Below, one piece after another: positions 56,413 through 64,000 of a stretch of 64,000 nucleotides of DNA. This stretch comes from Coraliomargaritaceae bacterium (lineage in GTDB: Bacteria > Verrucomicrobiota > Verrucomicrobiia > Opitutales > Coraliomargaritaceae). The DNA lies in assembly GCA_965656495.1 (NCBI GenBank), contig CBFHKU010000005.1, positions 102,853 through 166,852 of the forward strand, given 5' to 3'. Below the pieces are notes generated by a model. That model was not told the DNA's origin. It saw nothing but the letters and a program-made list of their open reading frames with translations, and did no database searches. Both the position numbers and the translations under genes were made by a program. Position 1 is the first letter of the stretch, and each line of letters starts with the position of its first letter.

Positions 56413-57195
56413 ATGCTGAAATTGACTACCCAATTCGTAGCCCTTGTGCTTGCCTTGCATTTCTCGGCCTGTACCACTGTGCCCGTCACGGGGCGCAAGG
56501 CCATGCATATCTATCCCGAGGGAGAAATCGCTCGCATGGCAGTGAGCCAGTTTGAGGATTTGAAAAAAGAGACCGCGCTCTCTACCGACCCGGAGCTAAA
56601 CGCCCGCGTCCAACGTGTCGGTCAACGCATCGCCCGCGTCGCGGCGCACGATCTCTCCAACGCCGAGTGGGAATTTGTGGTCTTTGATGACCCCGAACAG
56701 ATCAATGCTTTTGCGATGCCCGGCGGAAAGGTCGCGGTTTACACCGGTCTTTTTAAAGTTGCCCAGACTGACGCCGATCTCGCGGTCGTGATCGGTCATG
56801 AAATCGCCCACGTGGTGGCACGCCATGCCTCTGAGCGCGTCAGTCAACAAATCCTCGCGGCGGGCGGAACCCTCGCGGCGGCAGTTGGCACGAGAGATAT
56901 GGATGCCGGTCAACGCCGCTTGATCCTAGCGGGGGTGGGCTTGGGTACTACGGTAGGGGTCATGCTGCCCTACAGCCGTTTGCACGAGAGCGAGGCCGAC
57001 GCCATCGGCATCCTCTATTCCGCCGAAGCCGGTTACGATCCCCGCGCCGCGATTGGTTTTTGGGAACGCATGGCGGCGGAAAAATCCGACAGTCCTCCGG
57101 AGTTTCTTTCAACGCACCCCTCTGACGCCACGCGCATCCGCAAATTGCATGCCCTCATGCCGGAAGCGGTCGCGATTTATGAAGCGGGTCTTTAG
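56413..57195 (+). CDS. M48-family metalloprotease, probable lipoprotein
   Basis: FSAC lipobox-like motif, NAFAMPGG, HEIAH, ESEAD, FLSTHP. Confidence 0.92.
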   Translation: MLKLTTQFVALVLALHFSACTTVPVTGRKAMHIYPEGEIARMAVSQFEDLKKETALSTDPELNARVQRVGQRIARVAAHDLSNAEWEFVVFDDPEQINAFAMPGGKVAVYTGLFKVAQTDADLAVVIGHEIAHVVARHASERVSQQILAAGGTLAAAVGTRDMDAGQRRLILAGVGLGTTVGVMLPYSRLHESEADAIGILYSAEAGYDPRAAIGFWERMAAEKSDSPPEFLSTHPSDATRIRKLHALMPEAVAIYEAGL

Positions 57196-57243
57196 CGCCG
57201 CTGCGGCTTGCATCTTCTCAAAATCGCGGCATCGTCTGCTACT

Positions 57244-58617
57244 ATGATTGATCCGCTTAAGACCCTCAGCGAATACGCGCGCTTTCCCTCGGTTTCTACC
57301 GATCCCGCCTACGCGGAGGGTATGGCACAGGCGCGTGACTACGCCACCGCGCTCCTGAAGCAGCTGGGTTTTGAGGTCGAAGTCGTCGAGACCAAGCTCC
57401 ATCCTATTCTTCTCGCGGAACGACACGGCAACCCCGATTGGCCCCACGTCGTCATTTACGGTCACTACGATGTGCAACCCGCCGATCCCTTCGAGTTGTG
57501 GACCTCGCCCGCCTTTGAACCGACCGTCCGCGAGGGCCGGCTCTACGGTCGCGGAACCGCCGATAACAAAGGACCGACGGTCGTCCACATGAGCGCCCTT
57601 GCGCGGGTGCTGGAAGCGCATCCGGATTTACCGCTCAACCTCACCTACGTGATCGAGGGGGAAGAGGAAATCGGAAGCCCCAGTATGCCGGAATTTTTTG
57701 ACCGCTACGCCGAACGGCTCGCAAAAGCGGACTGCCTGCTCGTTTCCGATACCGGCAGTCCCAACACCGAACAACTCGTCATCACGACCGGTTTGCGGGG
57801 TCTCGTGGACCTCGAGGTAAAACTGCGCGGGCCTGCCAGCGATCTGCATTCCGGGATTCACGGGGGCGCGGTCTATAATCCCCTGCAGGCGCTTGCCGAA
57901 ATCTGTGCCTCCCTGCACAATCCCGACGGCAGCGTCAACGTCCCGGGCTTTTATGACGACGTTCTGCCGCTTTACGATTGGGAACGCGCCGAGTTGAAAC
58001 GTTACCCCGAAACGGAGGAGAGCTATGCGAAACTCCTCGACGTGCCGGGCTTTTATCCCGCGAACGGACTTTCGCCCCTCGAGGCGGTGCGCTTCGGTCC
58101 CACCCTCGAATTCAACGGCCTCGGTGGGGGTTACCAGGGGGAGGGCAGCAAGACCGTCATTCCCAGTGAAGCCTTTGCCAAAATCACCTGCCGCCTCGTG
58201 GCGGCTCAGGATCCCCATCAAATCCAGGACGCCGTCATCGCAGCGATTGAGTCGCGTTGCCCCAAGGGGGTGCAATGCCGGATTCGTCGCGGCGGGGTCG
58301 CCTCCGCCTACCTCGTGGTGCCGCCAGGTCGTGAGAACACCCCCGCCGATCAGGGGCCGGTGCTGGCGGGTGCCTTTGATGCCGCGCAAGCCGCGATCGC
58401 CCATAACTTCGGGAAGGCGCCGCTCTACCTGCGCGAGGGGGGCAGCATCCCCGTCATTGCCGATTTCAAGGCGCGCGCCGGATTGGATGCCGTTATGATC
58501 GGGCTCTTCACTCCGCTCGACAATCTCCACGCCCCCGACGAAAGTTTTGACCTCGGCTTAATGGAACGCGCCGTCACCGCCTTTGAGGATATCTTCAAAT
58601 CCCTCGCGGGCGTCTAG
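57244..58617 (+). CDS. M20-family dipeptidase
   Basis: YGHYDVQP, GRGTADNKG, EGEEE, DLHSG, GGSIP, HAPDE. Confidence 0.93.
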   Translation: MIDPLKTLSEYARFPSVSTDPAYAEGMAQARDYATALLKQLGFEVEVVETKLHPILLAERHGNPDWPHVVIYGHYDVQPADPFELWTSPAFEPTVREGRLYGRGTADNKGPTVVHMSALARVLEAHPDLPLNLTYVIEGEEEIGSPSMPEFFDRYAERLAKADCLLVSDTGSPNTEQLVITTGLRGLVDLEVKLRGPASDLHSGIHGGAVYNPLQALAEICASLHNPDGSVNVPGFYDDVLPLYDWERAELKRYPETEESYAKLLDVPGFYPANGLSPLEAVRFGPTLEFNGLGGGYQGEGSKTVIPSEAFAKITCRLVAAQDPHQIQDAVIAAIESRCPKGVQCRIRRGGVASAYLVVPPGRENTPADQGPVLAGAFDAAQAAIAHNFGKAPLYLREGGSIPVIADFKARAGLDAVMIGLFTPLDNLHAPDESFDLGLMERAVTAFEDIFKSLAGV

Positions 58618-58663
58618 GGCTTGCGGGTCGGGCATTGCTCTGGGTCTCGCCCTAGAAGATGTT

Positions 58664-59341
58664 TTATCCAGAGGATCCTGAACTATTTCGATTCCTAAGC
58701 GCTAAAAAAATTATCATAGCTCCCGTATAAATGATGCCTGCAAAAAGACTGTAATTTTTTATTTCAGGAATAACCGTCACCGATAGCTTTTCCCAAGCAA
58801 TAAACCCTTTGTTGTCAGCATTAAGGTGTGTTAAGGTGATTGGGTCATTTGCATTTATCGTGAGGGCGCCTAAGGCGCTTGGCATTGTGTGCGTTTCATT
58901 GCCTGCTGTAAAACTGTGGTTGGTGATATCGTAATCCGTATTTTGGTAGCTTAAGCGTATTATATTATCTGAGCTGTCCGTTTGTGACTCGCCGCCATTA
59001 ATGACACTATTTGTATAGGAATTAAGGCGTACTGCCTTGTTAAATGTCAGCGTCATAGAGTAGCCATTCGTTCCTGGAAGCATTTGTAAGCCAAGATTCT
59101 GAATATAAAGTCGAGGCGCTCCTTGTGCGTCCAGGCTTTCCCAATTATAGGGCCCACTTTCCAGCGTTAGTTTTAAACCCGAACTAGGGTCCGTGTAGGA
59201 CTCAACCCCATCACGATCGTAATCAAAGTCCTGAAAAAAATCATAAACTACCACCATCCCTTGAGCAAAAACGCTGGTAGCTCCCAATAGCACGCAATTA
59301 AAAATACCGATCCAGCGAAACAAGCTTTTGAATAAGAACAT
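58664..59341 (-). CDS. PEP-CTERM-type exported protein, low GC
   Basis: Signal peptide; C-terminal VIPE, TM helix and LRNR basic tail. Confidence 0.75.
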   Translation of the reverse strand: MFLFKSLFRWIGIFNCVLLGATSVFAQGMVVVYDFFQDFDYDRDGVESYTDPSSGLKLTLESGPYNWESLDAQGAPRLYIQNLGLQMLPGTNGYSMTLTFNKAVRLNSYTNSVINGGESQTDSSDNIIRLSYQNTDYDITNHSFTAGNETHTMPSALGALTINANDPITLTHLNADNKGFIAWEKLSVTVIPEIKNYSLFAGIIYTGAMIIFLALRNRNSSGSSG

Positions 59342-59446
59342 GCTAATACCCTAATATATAAATAAAAATTTAACAAGTCCTTTCGGGTTAATTTTTTCAT
59401 TTCGTATCCTGAATGATACATCAACAGCAGGTAATCGCCCACATGG

Positions 59447-59608
59447 CTATTGCCCCTGATCCGACCTTAGATCCGTTTTTTTAATATCGCAGCCTGTTGA
59501 ATCACAACCACATCCGCCGGACTTCTTTTTGTGCCCAAAGACGCGATACAAAAATGCGAGCGCCCCCAGGAGGACGAGTACGACCAAGACTGTATCCAAA
59601 AATTGCAT
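59447..59608 (-). CDS. FeoB-associated Cys-rich small membrane protein (53 aa; not in the ORF track)
   Basis: Hand translation MQFLDTVLVVLVLLGALAFLYRVFGHKKKSGGCGCDSTGCDIKKTDLRSDQGQ; starts 7 nt after the feoB stop. Confidence 0.85.
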   Translation of the reverse strand: MQFLDTVLVVLVLLGALAFLYRVFGHKKKSGGCGCDSTGCDIKKTDLRSDQGQ

Positions 59609-59615
59609 ACCGGCG

Positions 59616-61781
59616 TCAGGCGAGCCACATCCCGATTTGATAGGTGAGAACCGCCGCCACCCAGGCGAGGGCGGTTAGCCCAAAGAAACTTCCCGCGGCC
59701 CAGCCCCAGTGCAATTCCTTTGCAATCACCGCGACCGTTGCGCCGCATTGCATACAGAGGGCGAAGAATACCATGATGGAAAGCGCCACCGGTAAATTGA
59801 AGACCGCCTCCCCGGTGCGCGGTCCCGATTCCCATTTCGCTTTGGTGAGGGTGGTGCGCAAGTCGTCCGAGCCTTCATCGATTTCCCCGCCGAGGGCGTA
59901 GGTGATCCCAAGGGTGGAAATAATGATTTCGCGGGCGGGGAAACTGGCGAGCACTCCGACCGTGATCTTCCAGTCATAGCCCGCCGGCGCGAAGATCGGT
60001 TGCACGGTGCGTCCAAAACGTCCCATGTAGCTTTGTTCGAGGTAGGCGGCATTGACGCGGTGCTCGAGTTGCGCAGGGGAAAGAGCGGTGCTGCTTTCCG
60101 CCGCGGTCGCTTCGACCGCCTCGGCAAGTTCGGGCGGACGGGGAAAATAGAGGAGCGCCCAAATGACAATCGTCATGGCGCAAATCACGGTGCCGGCACG
60201 AATGATGAATTCCGAACCGCTCTCGTAGAGGCGATGCCAGATGCGGCTCAGTTGCGGCACGCGGTAATGGGGCAGCTCCATCACGAAGGGTTGGCTCGTC
60301 ACGGAACGCGGGAGACTGCGGTGCAGGAGCCAGGCGAGCGGCCCCGCCAGCAATACCCCGATAAAATGCATCGCGAAGAGCGTGAGGCCCGCGACTGCCG
60401 CGCCGTATTGCGGTTCAATAAAAGCCCCGATCATAAGGAGGTAAACCGGGAGACGCGCCGAGCAGCTCATGAGGGGCGCAATGAGAATCGTGATGCAACG
60501 CGCCTTGGGATCGCTGATCGTGCGGGTCGCGAGAATCCCCGGAATCGCACAGGCAAAACTGGAGAGGAGCGGCACGAAACTCTTGCCGTTCAAACCGCTC
60601 CACGAAAAAAGTTTATCCATCAAAAAAGCGGCGCGTGCCATGTAGCCGGTCTCTTCCAAAAGCGCGATGAAGAAGAAGAGCACCAGGATCTGCGGCAGGA
60701 AAACCAAAAAGGCGCCAACCCCGCCAATCACGCCGTCCACTACCAGACTTTGTAACATGGGCGTCGCCGTCAAAAACCCGCCCGCGAAATCGCCGAGCTT
60801 CCCAACCCCGCCCTCGATTAAATCCATCAGCGGCCCCGCCCAAGTGTACACCGATTGAAAGACCACATACATCATCCCCACAAAGACGAGGAGGCCCCAC
60901 ACACGGTGCAGGAGGAGTTGATCAATGCTCTCGGAGGCGCTGCGTTTTTTCATGGCGGCCTGCCGTTCGAGAATGTCGTTGAGAAGGGGGTTGAGGAAAC
61001 GATAGCGCAGGAGGGATTCTGCGGCATCGGGTTGATAGCCCCCCGTGTGGAGTTGTTCGCGGGCGCGGCGCAGGATCGGTTCGCGTTCCGCCGCGGGGGT
61101 CTTGAGGCGTTCCGCCACCGCGCTGCGTTTGTCAAAGAGGAGGCGTTGCAGTTCCCCTTCGCGCAGCGCTTCCCCGCGGTGCTCGATCAATTCACTGCGC
61201 AAATAGTCCAGCGATTCCGTGACTGCTTCGGGCCAACGGGGACGCACCAGCATCGGTCCAGTCTCGAGGGCGCGGGTCACCGCATCCGCGAGGGCTCCCG
61301 TGCCGCGACGGGTGCGGGCCACGGTCGGCACCACCGGAACCCCGAGGCGTTGCTCCAGTAGTTTGCTGTCAATTTGCAAACCCTTGCGCTCCGCTACGTC
61401 CCAGCAATTCAACGCAATCACCATCGGCACGCCCAACTCCGAGGCCTGCGAGGCAAGGTAGAGATTCCGTCTTAAATTTTCAACATCGACCACCACGATC
61501 ACGAGGTCGGGTGGGACGGCATCCGCGGAATGCCCCGCCAGAACGTCCACCGCCACGCGTTCATCGAGCGAGACCGCATTTAAATTATAGGTGCCGGGCA
61601 GGTCGATGAGATCGACCCGTTCCCCGCTCGGAAGAGTCCAGGTCCCGGTCTTTTTCTCCACCGTGACCCCCGCGTAATTCCCGACGTGCTGGTGCAGGCC
61701 GGTCAACATATTGAAAAGGGAGGTCTTGCCGGTGTTCGGATTCCCGATCAGCGCAACGCTCAACTGGCGGTCCGCATTCAT
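59616..61781 (-). CDS. feoB: Ferrous iron transporter FeoB
   Basis: GNPNTGKT, VGNYAGVTVEKK, DLPG, LEETGYMARAA, MSCSARLP, FPARE. Confidence 0.97.
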   Translation of the reverse strand: MNADRQLSVALIGNPNTGKTSLFNMLTGLHQHVGNYAGVTVEKKTGTWTLPSGERVDLIDLPGTYNLNAVSLDERVAVDVLAGHSADAVPPDLVIVVVDVENLRRNLYLASQASELGVPMVIALNCWDVAERKGLQIDSKLLEQRLGVPVVPTVARTRRGTGALADAVTRALETGPMLVRPRWPEAVTESLDYLRSELIEHRGEALREGELQRLLFDKRSAVAERLKTPAAEREPILRRAREQLHTGGYQPDAAESLLRYRFLNPLLNDILERQAAMKKRSASESIDQLLLHRVWGLLVFVGMMYVVFQSVYTWAGPLMDLIEGGVGKLGDFAGGFLTATPMLQSLVVDGVIGGVGAFLVFLPQILVLFFFIALLEETGYMARAAFLMDKLFSWSGLNGKSFVPLLSSFACAIPGILATRTISDPKARCITILIAPLMSCSARLPVYLLMIGAFIEPQYGAAVAGLTLFAMHFIGVLLAGPLAWLLHRSLPRSVTSQPFVMELPHYRVPQLSRIWHRLYESGSEFIIRAGTVICAMTIVIWALLYFPRPPELAEAVEATAAESSTALSPAQLEHRVNAAYLEQSYMGRFGRTVQPIFAPAGYDWKITVGVLASFPAREIIISTLGITYALGGEIDEGSDDLRTTLTKAKWESGPRTGEAVFNLPVALSIMVFFALCMQCGATVAVIAKELHWGWAAGSFFGLTALAWVAAVLTYQIGMWLA

Positions 61782-62005
61782 CCGATCGCTTCTACTTCAA
61801 TCCGCGCCGCGTCCTCAATCCGCAGACTCATCTGACAACCGTTGAATTCAATCGCGATGGGATCCCCCAGCGGGGCCTCGTGCGTGAGGCGCAATTCCTG
61901 ATCCGGCAACAATCCCATCGTCATCAGACGCGCGATGCAGGGATTCCCGCTGTCGAGTTTCGTGACACGGAAGAGGCCGTCTTTTTTTATTCGATCCAGT
62001 CGCAT
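61778..62005 (-). CDS. feoA: Ferrous iron transport protein FeoA
   Basis: RLMTMGLLP, APLGDPI, LRIEDA; likely start is ATG 62005. Confidence 0.93.
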   Translation of the reverse strand: MRLDRIKKDGLFRVTKLDSGNPCIARLMTMGLLPDQELRLTHEAPLGDPIAIEFNGCQMSLRIEDAARIEVEAIG

Positions 62006-62024
62006 AGCTAATAAGAGCATTCAA

Positions 62025-62039
62025 TGAGATTTAGTCTCA
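62025..62039. promoter_or_regulatory. Candidate Fur-family operator TGAGATTTAGTCTCA
   Basis: 7-1-7 imperfect palindrome 20-34 nt upstream of feoA; matches the site upstream of the suf operon. Confidence 0.65.
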
Positions 62040-62085
62040 ACTGGCAACGAAGAAAAACCGCGAATCTAAAGAAAGCAAACCGGGC

Positions 62086-62622
62086 TTATAATTCGGAACC
62101 GAAGCGGGCCTTGTGACCTTTTGCAACCGCCACGTATTTGTCCGCCCATTCGCGGATTCCGGCGCGCTCCTCCGCGCTGAGTTCACGCACCACTTTAGCG
62201 GGTGCTCCCAGTACCAGCGAACCCGGCGGCACAATCGTTCCCTTCGTCACCAGCGCCCCCGCGCCCACGATCGATTGTTCCCCGATCACCGCGCCGTCCA
62301 GCACCGTCGCCTGCATCCCGATCAAACATTCGTCCCCGATTTCACAGGCATGAATCATTGCAGCGTGACCAATCGTCACGTAGCGACCGACCTTCACCCC
62401 GAGTTCATCCGCCAAATGCACAATTGTCCCGTCCTGCACATTCGAGCCTTCCCCGATCTCAATCGTCTGGATATCACCCCGCAGGACCGCCCCGTGCCAC
62501 ACACTGCTGCCCGGCCCCAGCGTCACCGCTCCAATCACCACCGCACCCTTCGCCACGTAGGCGTCCGCCGCCACTTCCGGTTTGCGATCCAAATATTCCT
62601 CCAAACGTTCTTCTATGGTCAT
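62086..62622 (-). CDS. Gamma carbonic anhydrase family protein (YrdA-like)
   Basis: VLRGD, SNVQDG..VH, VTIGHAAMIHAC, hexapeptide repeats, GAPAKVVREL. Confidence 0.94.
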   Translation of the reverse strand: MTIEERLEEYLDRKPEVAADAYVAKGAVVIGAVTLGPGSSVWHGAVLRGDIQTIEIGEGSNVQDGTIVHLADELGVKVGRYVTIGHAAMIHACEIGDECLIGMQATVLDGAVIGEQSIVGAGALVTKGTIVPPGSLVLGAPAKVVRELSAEERAGIREWADKYVAVAKGHKARFGSEL

Positions 62623-62680
62623 TCCATGAAATTAGCAGAACTCGCCTGAAAGAAAAGGAAGATGTTGGGCGGTCATGATC

Positions 62681-63151
62681 GTTGTAGGTTGTTAGTTGGG
62701 ATCAGTCTTAATCTTAATAAGATGAAATATTCACCACGAAGGCAGTAAGAGCACGGAGCGGTGAGTGGACGCTGAATCTTTAATGAAAATCTCTGTGTAC
62801 TTGGTGCCTTTGTTGTGAACTAATAAAGAACCACGCATGGAGAGGGAGTAGTGCCTTGAAGGTAAGAAACATCGAATATCGAACTTTGAAAAGGGGCAAT
62901 GGGTTTGAATTAAACCACAGATTGCGCAGATGAGCACAGATTAAGACACTGTAACCGATCATCTGCGGTTGAGATGACCCTAGATCCTACTCTTATTCTT
63001 AATCTTACCCTTGGTAAGAGGAAATATTCACCACGGAGAAACGGTATATCGTGGAAGCGGCAATCCTGCCGCTTTTGCTTGTGGCTGAAAAGCGACAAGA
63101 GTGTCGCTTCCACGTCAGGTGTTTGAAAAGCGACAAGAGTGTCGCTTCCAC
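62681..63151. repeat. Mosaic repeat array upstream of tRNA-Leu
   Basis: Same modules as 47770-49187, including a REP doublet at 63051-63113 and an extra REP at 63128-63151. Confidence 0.9.
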
Positions 63152-63222
63152 GGTGAGCAATCAGATCAAGGCCACTTTTGAGTTGGCAAAGGAATGACAG
63201 TTGTGCTTTAACCAAAAACTGC

Positions 63223-63309
<87 letters not shown>

Positions 63310-63387
63310 TTTTTCAAATGGCGGGACTTTCACCTGCGGTGTTCCGGTTCGCTGCGCGCCCGGTCATGTCGGGCTTCGCCCTCGGAA

Positions 63388-63408
63388 CAAGTCCCGCCCT
63401 GAGTACCA
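63388..63408 (+). repeat. 21-bp direct repeat of the tRNA-Leu 3' end
   Basis: CAAGTCCCGCCCTGAGTACCA is identical to 63289-63309. Confidence 0.92.
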
Positions 63409-63414
63409 ATTCCC

Positions 63415-63920
63415 AACCACGAATGGCGAGGGCGTTGTACGTTGCTGGTTGTTAGTTCGGAATACCCTAAAACTTACTCTTACTCCTAATCTTATTCTTA
63501 ATCCTACTCTCAATAAGATGAAATATTCACCACGAAGGCACCAAGAGCACGGAGCGGTGAGTGGACCCTGAATCTTTAATGAAAATCTCCGTGTACTCGC
63601 TGCCTCTGTGGTGAGTCAGTTGCTGGAACCACGAATGGGATGGCGTTGAACGTTGCTGGTTGTTAGTTGGGATTACCCTTGGTCTTACTCCTAATCTTAT
63701 TCTTAATCCTACTCTTAGTTAGGAGGAACATCGAAGTGCGACCGGGTTGTGTATCGTGGAAGCGGCAATCCTGCCGCTTTGCTTGCAGTTGGAAAGCGCG
63801 CAGGTGGGAAGGCAGTTGGGAACCCCGAACATTGAACATCGAGCATCGAACTTTAAAGGGATGGCAAATATGGGAAGGTGAGAAAGTACGATATTGAATA
63901 ACAGCCTCGGTGGTGAGTCA
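63415..63920. repeat. Mosaic repeat array downstream of tRNA-Leu
   Basis: Same modules; about 63512-63615 closely matches about 62716-62820; single REP at 63756-63779. Confidence 0.88.
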
Positions 63921-63939
63921 TTAGCAAGAACCCGGGGCC

Positions 63940-64000
63940 TCAGGCATGGAGTTCGGACATGGAACGGGCAACGTATTCCCGTTGAAGGTTTTGCTTAACG
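63940..64000 (-). CDS. Probable 3' end of a gene continuing beyond the window
   Basis: Reads VKQNLQREYVARSMSELHA-stop; too short to identify. Confidence 0.35.
   Translation of the reverse strand, partial: VKQNLQREYVARSMSELHA

Noticed and set aside
63310..64000. Prophage or integrative island at tRNA-Leu
   Set aside because: The att-like repeat is only 99 bp away and no integrase is visible within the window

Overview
A bacterial chromosomal window of about 57 genes, probably from Verrucomicrobiota (Opitutae/Coraliomargarita-like). That assignment is inferred from a PEP-CTERM protein, the gene order and the protein styles. Most of the window is housekeeping: CoA-transferase, meaB, glmS, glgC, lgt, parB, nspC, rplY-pth-rpsF-ssb-rplI-dnaB-bamA-skp-lpxD-prs-degP, aroB-ftsY-nusB-ribH, tgt, a PAS kinase with its receiver, ppdK, a Fur-family regulator with sufCBD-sufT, rsmE, dtd, mpg, cca, nadK, tlyA, typA, purF, purH, peptidases, feoAB and tRNA-Leu(CAG). 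The accessory structure is concentrated in four places. (1) At 2.0-5.0 kb, a NotI-family restriction-modification pair, a degenerate integron attC-like site and two gene remnants lie at a near-perfect 294-bp duplication of the meaB 3' end. (2) At 47.2-49.2 kb, a divergent pair of ribbon-helix-helix genes is followed by a 1.4-kb non-coding mosaic. The mosaic is built from about seven short repeat or inverted-repeat modules in a recurring order, including GTGG-type REP doublets. (3) The same mosaic flanks tRNA-Leu at 62.7-63.9 kb and appears as a fragment at 4.9-5.0 kb; the tRNA also has a duplicated and inverted T-arm downstream. (4) A shared 15-bp Fur-box-like palindrome lies at almost the same distance upstream of the fur-suf and feoAB operons. 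All calls were made by eye from the sequence and ORF track; no database searches were run.
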